Both the position numbers and the translations under genes were made by a program. DNA of 64,000 nt from an uncultured Chlamydiae bacterium (lineage in GTDB: Bacteria; Chlamydiota; Chlamydiia; Chlamydiales; Parachlamydiaceae): contig CAWHMU010000033.1 in assembly GCA_963830365.1 (NCBI GenBank), positions 1 to 64,000 of the forward strand. Direction: 5' to 3'. The notes under the pieces are model-generated. The model saw nothing but the letters and a program-made list of their open reading frames with translations. It did not search any database and was not told the origin of the DNA. Of the stretch, positions 40,199 to 49,173 are shown piece after piece. Position 1 is the stretch's first letter. The number at the start of each line of letters is the position of its first letter.

Positions 40199-41287
40199 AT
40201 GTCAATACCTAATAACTTACCCCGCAATGACCTTCTTTATGCAGTGGATGAGGCAATAAAACAGGGAGCATCTCCAAAAGATGTAAAGATAGTGAATGCG
40301 CTCTTTTCTGCAGTTCAAACGGGAAATATGGCCGCTGCTAAATGCCTTTTAGACTATAAAGTTGATGTCAATTTGCCACTCAGGACAGGACAGGCTCCTC
40401 TTACTTATGCGATGAACTCTTTAAATCCAAATATGGTTAAGCTGCTTTTAGAAGCAAAAGCTCATCCAGATCATAAGTATGGGATTGATAGACTCACCCC
40501 CATTGAATTGACTATGGAAAACCTTTACCCTGATAACATATTGGCAGCGCTTTTGAACGGTAATGCTGACCCTAATAAAAAAAGTCACCCCATACAGAAC
40601 CCACCACTGATTCAAGCTGTTTGGAAAGAGAAAGAACACGCTGGGAAAATAAAACTCTTACTCGATTCTAAGGCCAATCCAGATAGTACTAGAATTGAAG
40701 GCCTTGCCCTTGCTTCCTCGTTTCCAGACGAAACTGCCCTTCATTTAGCAAGGACCCCTGAAGTACTTAGTTTGTTGCTTGATGCCAATGCCGATCCTCG
40801 CAAAACAGATGCAAAGGGCCGTACACCTCTAGAAGCAGCGGCTCAGAGTGATGATTATCAGAAAATGGTGTGCCTATCGGATGCGTCAAAAGACGCCCAT
40901 GACCGTTTGCTTAAGGCGTTGACGGCTCAAGTACAACCTACCTCTACCTCATCTCAAAGCGCTTCTTCATCTAATCAAGAAAACGATGTTGTTTCAAAAA
41001 AGAGATCTGTACTCCCCTTGCGAACCTCTGGGGGAGAGATTCGAGTTTTTGAGTTTGTTGCTGAGTATGCCTCACCAAACAGCCATTGGCACGTCACGCG
41101 ACGCGAAGATGAAGCGAAGCGCATCCAAAGCCGACAGGAGAACTTAGATACAACTCAAAATCCGATCAAAATTTCGGAAGAAAAAAGTGAAGAGGTTAAA
41201 TCCGACGATCCTAGTAGAGCTCCACCACATCCCGAAAACCCCGACGAACCTAAGAAAAACTGCAACAGCAACTGCGGAATTATGTAA
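40199..41287 (+). CDS. Ankyrin-repeat protein with C-terminal CaaX motif
   Basis: Repeats GQAPLTYA, TALHLA, GRTPLEAA, LL.A.A.P; ends KKNCNSNCGIM; AAGGAG RBS. Confidence 0.9.
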   Translation: MSIPNNLPRNDLLYAVDEAIKQGASPKDVKIVNALFSAVQTGNMAAAKCLLDYKVDVNLPLRTGQAPLTYAMNSLNPNMVKLLLEAKAHPDHKYGIDRLTPIELTMENLYPDNILAALLNGNADPNKKSHPIQNPPLIQAVWKEKEHAGKIKLLLDSKANPDSTRIEGLALASSFPDETALHLARTPEVLSLLLDANADPRKTDAKGRTPLEAAAQSDDYQKMVCLSDASKDAHDRLLKALTAQVQPTSTSSQSASSSNQENDVVSKKRSVLPLRTSGGEIRVFEFVAEYASPNSHWHVTRREDEAKRIQSRQENLDTTQNPIKISEEKSEEVKSDDPSRAPPHPENPDEPKKNCNSNCGIM

Positions 41288-41290
41288 ATA

Positions 41291-41329
41291 AAAACAACCC
41301 CGAGGGATTACCTCGGGGTTGGAAAAAAA
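41291..41329. terminator. Terminator hairpin between convergent ankyrin gene and 5S rRNA
   Basis: AACCCCGAGG-GATTA-CCTCGGGGTT with an A-tract upstream on + (U-tract for the minus-strand 5S transcript). Confidence 0.75.
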
Positions 41330-41443
41330 TCTGGCGGCTACCTACTCTCCCAGTCTCTTGAGACTAGTACCATCGGCGACGAGGGTCTTGACTTCTGAGT
41401 TCGGGATGGGATCAGGTAGTTCCCCCTCTCTATGACTACCAGA
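41330..41443 (-). rRNA. rrf: 5S rRNA (orphan copy)
   Basis: TCTGGTAGTCATAG...CCTGATCCCATCCCGAACTCAGAAGTCAAG...GCCGATGGTACT...GGGAGAGTAGGTAGCCGCCAGA. Confidence 0.96.
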
Positions 41444-41660
41444 AAAACTTGAACTTACTGCGGCTTCGATAAATTGATGCGGCAGCTAAGTCGTCTAAAT
41501 TACAGGCATTGTTCATTAATTTGAATCGGCTCTTGAAGATGGCTCGAAAAAAACAAGTCAAGTCGTTGGACCGAAAACATTAAAAGGTAACAATCAGGTG
41601 TTTACCATTTTTATGTTTTTTGCCTCCAATCGAAAAGCCTTTCAAAATCCCGCTGTTTTC

Positions 41661-42275
41661 CTAGTTTTGCAAAAGCCTCTGAAATGTACCAAAAACTACG
41701 GCCGCAACGCACGCCGTATCGATTGCCGTTGAGACTAGTACGGTGATGCTGGCGATGCCTGCTACGCTGGCTGTGCCGGTAGCTGCTGCTAACGCAGTCC
41801 CTCCAATCAATGCCATACCTGAGGCTACGCCCCCCACCGCTGTTAATGTCATGTCGACTGCTCCCACGGCCCCACTAATCTTTCCCAGATTGACCAGGTT
41901 TTCCGCTGCTGTCATCACACCTATGGCCCCAGGTATTAATGCTGCCGCTCCTTTGACGACGGATGCGGTAATGGCCGCAATCATGAGATCTTTTACTGTC
42001 GAGGTTATATTTCTAACGACCTTTTCACTCCATTCGTTTGGTAGAGGCTTTCCATCAGGACCCATGGCAACTTCGTTTCGACAAGAAGGGCATTTACTTG
42101 AATTTTTCAGACAGTTAAGAGCGCATTGTTCATGTATCGGATGCTTATGTCCTTCATCGGCATGCACCACAACTTTTTGACCATTTCGTAATTCCATAAG
42201 ACAAACAGGGCACGTGTCATCTAAACGTTGATCAGCATCGTGATCCCTGTAAGGAGAAACTCCGGAAGGATTCAT
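41661..42275 (-). CDS. RING-finger protein with hydrophobic C-terminus (candidate E3 ligase effector)
   Basis: CPVC-x12-H..GHKHPIHEQC-x10-CPSCR, then long Ala/Gly-rich hydrophobic segments. Confidence 0.85.
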   Translation of the reverse strand: MNPSGVSPYRDHDADQRLDDTCPVCLMELRNGQKVVVHADEGHKHPIHEQCALNCLKNSSKCPSCRNEVAMGPDGKPLPNEWSEKVVRNITSTVKDLMIAAITASVVKGAAALIPGAIGVMTAAENLVNLGKISGAVGAVDMTLTAVGGVASGMALIGGTALAAATGTASVAGIASITVLVSTAIDTACVAAVVFGTFQRLLQN

Positions 42276-42376
42276 AATAAAACATCATAATATAAAGTTA
42301 TGCCGGTATCTTTAATTATAATTAACTGCGTTTATAATAAGCAATAGTGTGATTAATTAATAATTGTGTGCGTGGT

Positions 42377-43960
42377 TTACAGTATCCAAGGAGCCGACAG
42401 GCTGTGGCGGTCGGTATTTTCTTTGTAAAGGATGCCGATGGCAAAGAGGAGGGACAAATAGACAAATAAAAGGGTAGCCGGAATTTCAGCTACATACCAC
42501 ACGCTGTCAAAGGCTTTGGGCAAATGGAAGGTGAAATTAAGCAGGAATTGGGTATAGTGTTCATTGGCGGCATGTAGCCAGGAGCTTAGCCACGAGCCAA
42601 CCCACGGCATGGGAGTCACTAGCAGCGCAAGTAGCAGTAGCAGCATGGAAAAGCTGGCCATCAACGGAAAAAAAAGATTGTAGGCCAAGCTCATCAAAGG
42701 AAATTTGTGGAAATGGTAGAGCGTTAGCGGCAGCGCCACCAGATTGACGGCCAGTGTCAATGCCAGGCCCTGGCGCAAAAAGCATAGTACACAGTAGGCA
42801 TGCTGGTTCAGCCAGCCGATATCGACGACCTGGCTTAAGGTTCGCTTGGGAAATAGCTTTTGCATGAGGGCGTCGCAGGGGGCATAGCCCAGTAATATCG
42901 CCGCCGTCACGCCGAAGCTGAATTGGAAAGCCAGGGACTGGATCAGCAATGGGTTCCATAAGGCAATGACTAAGATGGCCAGGCCAAGCGAATTTAGGGC
43001 CTGGCTGCGTTTGCCTAGCAAAATCCCGGCCAAGGCAATGGTGATGGCCATCCAGGCGCGCAGCACGGAGGCTGAGTGACCAAGGAATAGAAAATAGCCG
43101 CTTAGCAGGAGTATGACGATTAAGGCCGACAGGCGATGGGAAATGAAGGCGCAGAGGAAACAGCCTAAAAAGGCGGCTAGAAGGGAGAAATGCAAGCCCG
43201 ATATCGCCATGAGATGCTGCAAGCCAAAACGCCCAAGTTCAAATGAAAGCTGATGGTCATCGAATTCTCCGGTAGCCATGCCGGATAGGAAGGCGGCTAC
43301 ATGCTGGTTGCTGTAATGGCTTTGGATATGATGTTTAAGAACTGTCTTGGCTGTCAGACGCCATTCCGCCAAGCTGAAATGGCTGTCTAGTGACTGCCAG
43401 GAGGCGTTTTTCAGGGGAGACAAGGTGTAGTTGTTATGGCCGTCGTCTTTAAGGCGGCCTTTGATCCGGTAGCGCCGGTCGGCTTGCGGCCGTTGTCCTG
43501 CCATAGTCAAAGGCAGTATAATGCGCACCGGGATATTTCTCGCTATGAGCTGCGCGTGGGTGTTGTCCTCCACAAATGAAAGCAAGGTGGCTTTATAGTT
43601 CCAGGCCGTCCCAAAATGCGAAGTCGAAGTAGAAACTGCCGACATTTCGACTTCAGCGAGGCCAGTGGTAGCAGCCTCGCCGGGCGGAAAGAGATAGCGG
43701 CTGTGGGTTAGATAAAAGCTCGTCAAAGCTAGACACAGGGCTAGTGCCAGCCGCATGTGCACATTTTGCAGCGGCTTTGCCAAAGTTATTGCCGGCAGCA
43801 TCAGCAGGGCCGCGAGGAATAGATAAAACGCCAGCCAGACCGGGTAGAGCGCAAGACATGCGCCAATCAGGGTAAATAGGCCGTATAGCAAAGCGGGATG
43901 GCGATACCAAAACTGGTCGAGGATCTGCTGCAGCATTTCAAGTGCCGGTTTTAGGTTCAA
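42377..43960 (-). CDS. comEC: ComEC/Rec2-family competence membrane protein
   Basis: GLQHLMAISGLHF, SVLRA, FQFSF; many TM helices; no MBL domain. Confidence 0.9.
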   Translation of the reverse strand: MNLKPALEMLQQILDQFWYRHPALLYGLFTLIGACLALYPVWLAFYLFLAALLMLPAITLAKPLQNVHMRLALALCLALTSFYLTHSRYLFPPGEAATTGLAEVEMSAVSTSTSHFGTAWNYKATLLSFVEDNTHAQLIARNIPVRIILPLTMAGQRPQADRRYRIKGRLKDDGHNNYTLSPLKNASWQSLDSHFSLAEWRLTAKTVLKHHIQSHYSNQHVAAFLSGMATGEFDDHQLSFELGRFGLQHLMAISGLHFSLLAAFLGCFLCAFISHRLSALIVILLLSGYFLFLGHSASVLRAWMAITIALAGILLGKRSQALNSLGLAILVIALWNPLLIQSLAFQFSFGVTAAILLGYAPCDALMQKLFPKRTLSQVVDIGWLNQHAYCVLCFLRQGLALTLAVNLVALPLTLYHFHKFPLMSLAYNLFFPLMASFSMLLLLLALLVTPMPWVGSWLSSWLHAANEHYTQFLLNFTFHLPKAFDSVWYVAEIPATLLFVYLSLLFAIGILYKENTDRHSLSAPWIL

Positions 43961-43963
43961 ATG

Positions 43964-44608
43964 TCAAAGCTGGATTTCGTAGAGACGCTTATTCAACGCA
44001 TTCAGATCAAAGCTGCCAGAGATTGACCCTGCAGAGTCTGCATTCGGCTGCACAAATTTCTCGATGTAGGGGAAGATGTCTTTTTGCGGCGCCGCGCAGC
44101 ATTTAGCAGTGTTCTTTTGGAATGGATTGCGGTCGAGCATGGGAAATGAGGGAGGTATTTTTGTTTTGACGCGCAAAGCATCCACTAAGGTTTGCAGTCC
44201 GACGGCAAATTCAGGTTCCTGAAAGGTCAAAATTGGCTTTGAGCCTGACACAATGACCAGATACTGATAAGAAACGGTGTTTTTGTTGGAAAGCTGGATT
44301 TGCTTTTTTTTCTTATCGATGGTTGTCATTTCGCCAAGCAGCACAAAGGCTTCACCCGAAAAAGAAAAAGCATTGGAGTTTATCAAAGGTGGCGGACTGT
44401 CTGACAAGGCGGAGTCTTTCAGTTGGTAAAGGCGCGGCTTTGCCGAAGCATGGGTTTTGTCGAGAAAGACGACTTCGGCAAATATCAAAGATTCCCAGTT
44501 GGTAGAAGATCTTCTATCCCGGTAGTCACCACTGATGCTTTGTGCTTTTGAAATATCCATCTTGCTCTTTGAAAGTTGATTCAAGAAAATTTTAATTCCT
44601 GGATTCAT
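43964..44608 (-). CDS. Hypothetical protein with partial FAD-oxidoreductase-like motif
   Basis: IDKKKKQIQLSNKNTVSYQYLVIVSGS resembles the I.YD.LV.ATG motif, but there is no GxGxxG. Confidence 0.55.
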   Translation of the reverse strand: MNPGIKIFLNQLSKSKMDISKAQSISGDYRDRRSSTNWESLIFAEVVFLDKTHASAKPRLYQLKDSALSDSPPPLINSNAFSFSGEAFVLLGEMTTIDKKKKQIQLSNKNTVSYQYLVIVSGSKPILTFQEPEFAVGLQTLVDALRVKTKIPPSFPMLDRNPFQKNTAKCCAAPQKDIFPYIEKFVQPNADSAGSISGSFDLNALNKRLYEIQL

Positions 44609-44844
44609 TTTAACATCTTCTTTCTATAAATGCTATTAATATTTTTAGCAATATTTATAGAATCTTAACAATCGATAGCATCCTGCTCCCAAAGAAAACA
44701 TATAACGCCCCTTGGGCTCTCTATTACTCACATCTTTTTGAACATTTTGAGCATCTCCGCTGTTGAAAATATTCAAAAACAATTAGCTACAAAGGGCGAT
44801 ATCATTTTAAAACTTGCTGTGATGACCATCGCTAAGGTAAATAA

Positions 44845-44983
44845 CTGTCTAGTCCAATAGAAAATGGTGCCGGACGTTTCGGGAACTTTCGAGGGGAATT
44901 CGCGGATTTTTAGGCGATACCCTTCTCCGAAGTCCCAGTTCCCTCATTGATTACGGCTTGACGGAGCACAAGTCCAGACATAG
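44845..44983. ncRNA. Candidate structured RNA (rod-like, possibly 6S-like)
   Basis: Nested pairings TGTCT/AGACA, GTGC/GCAC, GGGAACT/AGTTCCC, TTCG/CGAA, TCGC/GCGA; a GC-rich patch in an AT-rich intergenic region. Confidence 0.35.
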
Positions 44984-45060
44984 CCTCTTTTGTATTTCTA
45001 TTTTATAGTGGCTTTGCTAAAAGTTTATCTAGGGTTGCATTTCAGTTCGAGGAGTTCGCC

Positions 45061-45870
45061 ATGGATCGTCACATCAAAGAATATTACCATCAGTCTTCGG
45101 ATGAGGCGCCGCATGGGAATTTTCATTCGATTATAACCCTGCACGAAGCCCCCGATATAAAATGGGAGGCGATCAGTGCCAAAGTACCCAATCTGCCGCG
45201 CGGCTGGTATGAACTGGCGTATCTGCCCACTAAAGACCGCATCGAATTTATTCACGACTACTGGCAGGTAAAGCTGCCCTATCGGGCAGGTTTCACCGAA
45301 TTCATCGACCATTTTTTTGCTTCGCTGGATGATATCGGGGTGTTTCTGAGACAAAAGAAATTCGACGACCCCTATGACGTAGATTTAGTTTATAGTCTTA
45401 AAGAAAATCGCGGCTTTTATCGCGGCAATCCCCCCGTTACGCCAAAAAATCTCGAGCAGATGCTAAAATATTTTGCCAACTTCACTTTGCCCAGCGATTT
45501 TCTAGCTTTCTTGCAGATTCATGACGGTTTTTGCAAGACCACCGACTGTACCGGTGTGACGCGTACGATGGAAATGCCGAACTCTTATAAACAACTGCAA
45601 GCTTTGATCCAGCAGCATGAACCGTTGATTACCAGTAAAGGCACGATGGTAGATCCCAAAATGTTGATCCCTTTCTATGAATCCTTCGGCATGCCGTTCT
45701 ACCAATGCTTTTGGGGGGAATGGTATCCGGAGCAGGAAATGGGCAATGTCTATTATTCCTATGAAGCCAAAACTATCTCAGATGTGTACGGTCAGGAAAT
45801 CAGTTCGGCCAGCATGGCATTTCCAACTTTCGTTAATTGGTTGAAATTTTATCTCGAACGTATTGTATAA
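45061..45870 (+). CDS. SMI1/KNR4-family chlamydial protein
   Basis: LPSDFLAFLQIHDGF and FPTFVNWL..YL; located upstream of ptsH/ptsI as in chlamydiae. Confidence 0.8.
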   Translation: MDRHIKEYYHQSSDEAPHGNFHSIITLHEAPDIKWEAISAKVPNLPRGWYELAYLPTKDRIEFIHDYWQVKLPYRAGFTEFIDHFFASLDDIGVFLRQKKFDDPYDVDLVYSLKENRGFYRGNPPVTPKNLEQMLKYFANFTLPSDFLAFLQIHDGFCKTTDCTGVTRTMEMPNSYKQLQALIQQHEPLITSKGTMVDPKMLIPFYESFGMPFYQCFWGEWYPEQEMGNVYYSYEAKTISDVYGQEISSASMAFPTFVNWLKFYLERIV

Positions 45871-45910
45871 TGCCCGCATATCCTGAATTTACGCGACTGT
45901 GTGACTAAAT

Positions 45911-46879
45911 ATGTACCTAGTAGAAGACCTCTATAAGCGCCATGGCAAACGCTTGGGCCTGGAGCTTATCGCCGGCGAAAAGGGCATGCAACGCCGCATA
46001 AAAATTCCCGAAGCGCATCGTCCGGGGCTCAGCCTCTCAGGCTACCTTAAGGGACATGCCGGCAAGCGCATCATGATCTTCGGCAAGGGCGAAGTCGAAT
46101 ACCTGCGCGATCTGCGTCCCGATGTGCGCATCAAACGTCTTGAAGCTATCCTTGGAGATTCCTCACCCACTCCCGCCGTCATCATCGCCAGGCGGCTGCG
46201 TCCTCCCAAAGAGCTTGTGGATCTATGCGAGGAGTATCAGATTCCGCTGTTGCGCGCCAGCATGACGACGATGAACCTGCTGAGCAAACTGACCCTGCTG
46301 CTGACTGAAGAGTTCTCCCCCAGCATGAACTGTCACGGCACACTGGTGGAGGTGTTCGGGGTGGGCGTGCTCATCCAGGGGGATTCGTCGGTGGGCAAGA
46401 GCGAGGCGGCCCTCGGCCTGATCGAAAGGGGGCACCGCCTGATCACTGATGACGTAGTCAAAGTGCGCAAAAGAGAGGGCGACTATCTGGAAGGCTTCGG
46501 CGCCGAACTCACGCGCCACCATATGGAAATACGGGGCATCGGCATCATCAACGTGGCCCACCTTTATGGCGCCGTCTGTGTGCGCGACCATAAGAGCATT
46601 GATATCGTCGTAAAACTCGAGGCCTGGGATGACCATAACTTCTATGACCGCGTGGGTATTGAAGAGAAATACTGCGATATCCTGGGCATGAAGCTGCCTT
46701 ATCATATCCTGCCCGTCAAGCCGGGACGCGATGTGGTTTTGCTGCTGGAGACCATCGCCCTCAATCACCGCCTGAAGCGCATGGGCTACAACTCTGCCAA
46801 GGAATTCAACTCCAAGCTGCTTGAAATGATTGCTTCAAAACAAAAGAAAAGGATTAAAGCTAGTGAAATTAGTTCGTAA
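45911..46879 (+). CDS. hprK: HPr kinase/phosphorylase
   Basis: RPGL, HGTLVEVFGVGVLIQGDSSVGKSE, GHRLITDD, MEIRGIGII. Confidence 0.97.
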   Translation: MYLVEDLYKRHGKRLGLELIAGEKGMQRRIKIPEAHRPGLSLSGYLKGHAGKRIMIFGKGEVEYLRDLRPDVRIKRLEAILGDSSPTPAVIIARRLRPPKELVDLCEEYQIPLLRASMTTMNLLSKLTLLLTEEFSPSMNCHGTLVEVFGVGVLIQGDSSVGKSEAALGLIERGHRLITDDVVKVRKREGDYLEGFGAELTRHHMEIRGIGIINVAHLYGAVCVRDHKSIDIVVKLEAWDDHNFYDRVGIEEKYCDILGMKLPYHILPVKPGRDVVLLLETIALNHRLKRMGYNSAKEFNSKLLEMIASKQKKRIKASEISS

Positions 46880-47129
46880 GGTCAGAGTCAAAAACACCCT
46901 TGGATTACACACACGGCCGGCGACAGTCATCGTCAAGCTGCTCCAAAATTGCAAAAGCGATGTGACCTTTGCCCTTAAGCGCGAAATTATCAACGCCAAA
47001 AGCATCCTGAGCATCTTGATGCTCGCCGCCGTAAAAAACTCACAGATTACCATGACTGTGGAAGGTGTCGATGCAGAAGAAATCCTGGAAAAACTAGTAT
47101 CTGCCTTTGATAGCGGATTCGGAGAGTAA
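46863..47129 (+). CDS. ptsH: Phosphocarrier protein HPr
   Basis: GLHTRPA (His15) and NAKSIL (Ser46); GTG start. Confidence 0.95.
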   Translation: MKLVRKVRVKNTLGLHTRPATVIVKLLQNCKSDVTFALKREIINAKSILSILMLAAVKNSQITMTVEGVDAEEILEKLVSAFDSGFGE

Positions 47130-47134
47130 TATCC

Positions 47135-48901
47135 ATGCCCCAATGCCAAGAAATCCTCCTTGCCGGTACGCCCATCTGCCGCGGTATCGCCATCGGGCGC
47201 CCGTTCTTTTTTACGCTGGTCGAAACGGACGTGCCCGAATTTTCGATCGCTGACGCTGACGTCGAGGGTGAAGTCACCCGCTACCAACGCGCCATCCACA
47301 AAGGCCTGGAAGATATCAAGCGCCTGCAAAAAAGGCTGCACAACGAACGCATCCTTGACGGCGCTGCCATCCTCGATGGGCACCTGCAGATGATGCAGGA
47401 TGCCCTCCTCACCACCTGTGTGGAAGCGCAGATCCGCAGCCAGCGCAAAAATGCCGAATTCGTCTTTCAAGGCATCATCAGGGAATGCCAGGAAAAATTT
47501 GATTCCATTGCCGATCCTTTCTTCCGCGAACGTTTTAAAGATATCCAGGATATATCGCAGCGCGTCTTGGGGCATTTAAGAGATAGCGTGCGCATTTGCC
47601 TGGCCGATATCCCTAACGATTCCATCATCTTCTCCAAAGACCTCACCGCTTTTGATACCGCCGAAGCCAATAGCAGCTGCGTTTGCGCCTTTGTCACCAA
47701 AGACGGCGGCGCCACCTCGCACGCCGCCATCGTCGCTAAAGCCAAAGGGATCCCTTATGTCAGCAGCGTGGAAATCGAAGGCCTAGCCGTCGATAAAGAC
47801 GCCTGGGTGATTGTCGATGGCCGGACCGGCGAGATCATCCTGCACCCGTCGGCCGAGACGCTCAAGAAATATCAGCAATTGCGCAATCAGCTGCAGATGC
47901 ATCTTTTGAAGCTTAAGCAGACGGGGAAGCTTTTGGCAGAGACTTATGACGGCTACGCCATCCAGTTGTCTGCCAATATCGAGATGGCGGGAGAGCTTGA
48001 CATGCTGCACCAGGCCGGCGGCAGCGGTGTCGGTCTGTTCCGCACCGAATCGGCATTTTTAGACCGGGATGAGTTTCCTGCCGAAGAGGAGCAATTTAGG
48101 CTCTACCGGAGTTTTGTCGAGAAGATGAATGGCCTGCCCATCGTCATCCGCACCTTCGATGTGGGCGGCGACAAGTATTTGCGCAACCAGCAATCGTTAC
48201 ATGAATGCAATCCGTTCTTGGGCTGCCGGGCCATCCGCTTTCTTTTGCGCGAGAAGGAGATCTTCAAAACGCAGCTGCGTGCCATCTTGCGGGCCAGCGC
48301 CTATGGCGAAGTGCGCGTCATGTTCCCCATGATCTCGGCACTTTGTGAACTTATGGAAGCCAAAGAGATTTTGGAAGGCGTCAGGCAGGAGCTCATCGCT
48401 CGGGGCGAAAACATTCCGGCCTACATCCCCATCGGCTGCATGATCGAAGTGCCGTCGGCGGCCATCATCGCCGATCTGCTGGCCAAAGAATGCGACTTTC
48501 TCTCCATCGGCACCAACGACCTGGTACAGTATGCCCTGGCCGTAGACCGCACCAATAACGCCCTAAGCCACCTCTACACACCCACCCATCCCAGCGTCAT
48601 CCGCCTGATACGGCTCATCGTCAATGAAGCCAACCACCACGGCATTCCCGTCACCGTCTGCGGTGAAGTCGCGGCCGACCCCAGGTTCACCCCCCTGCTG
48701 CTCGGTCTCGGCGTGCATGAGCTGTCCGTTGCCTCCCGCTATATCCCCATGGTCAAAAATGCCGTGCGCAATACCAGCATCGTCGCTGCCAGCAAGCTGG
48801 CCGAACAGGTGCTGACATTGTCTTCGGCAGGCGAAATTGCCGAGCTGCTGACGCGCGAATACCGCCGCAACGTGCCCGAAGACTGCTTCTACAACTGCTG
48901 A
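47135..48901 (+). CDS. ptsI: PTS enzyme I
   Basis: GGATSHAAI, GVGLFRTE, RTFDVGGDK, SIGTNDLVQY, CGE. Confidence 0.97.
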   Translation: MPQCQEILLAGTPICRGIAIGRPFFFTLVETDVPEFSIADADVEGEVTRYQRAIHKGLEDIKRLQKRLHNERILDGAAILDGHLQMMQDALLTTCVEAQIRSQRKNAEFVFQGIIRECQEKFDSIADPFFRERFKDIQDISQRVLGHLRDSVRICLADIPNDSIIFSKDLTAFDTAEANSSCVCAFVTKDGGATSHAAIVAKAKGIPYVSSVEIEGLAVDKDAWVIVDGRTGEIILHPSAETLKKYQQLRNQLQMHLLKLKQTGKLLAETYDGYAIQLSANIEMAGELDMLHQAGGSGVGLFRTESAFLDRDEFPAEEEQFRLYRSFVEKMNGLPIVIRTFDVGGDKYLRNQQSLHECNPFLGCRAIRFLLREKEIFKTQLRAILRASAYGEVRVMFPMISALCELMEAKEILEGVRQELIARGENIPAYIPIGCMIEVPSAAIIADLLAKECDFLSIGTNDLVQYALAVDRTNNALSHLYTPTHPSVIRLIRLIVNEANHHGIPVTVCGEVAADPRFTPLLLGLGVHELSVASRYIPMVKNAVRNTSIVAASKLAEQVLTLSSAGEIAELLTREYRRNVPEDCFYNC

Positions 48902-48921
48902 AAAGCAGGCCCAGCGCTATA

Positions 48922-48984
48922 AAAATGGACCATATGGACAGCGCGTCAGACCATGATTTGTCCATATGGCCCATGCTGTCCATT
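48922..48984. repeat. ATGGAC/GTCCAT palindromic repeat family (also 35596-35690, 50607-50651)
   Basis: Tandem ATGGAC units facing tandem GTCCAT units, located 3' of genes. Confidence 0.6.
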
Positions 48985-49173
48985 GCAAGCAAAATCAAGT
49001 TATTTTGAAATTTTCTGGGTAATTCTCACCCCTTTTGAATTTGTGCATAAGTGATCGAATATATGTAAAAATAAAAATATAATTTATTAATTGTAAAAAA
49101 CTTCTTCTATGTTATAATCAAAACAGTCCGATTAGACTTGTGTTGATGTTTTTATTGTTGTTACATATGCAAT

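Noticed and set aside
39486..42300. tRNA-His-anchored integrative element
   Set aside because: No integrase and no duplicated tRNA 3' end were found, and the variable genes lie on the tRNA's 5' side.
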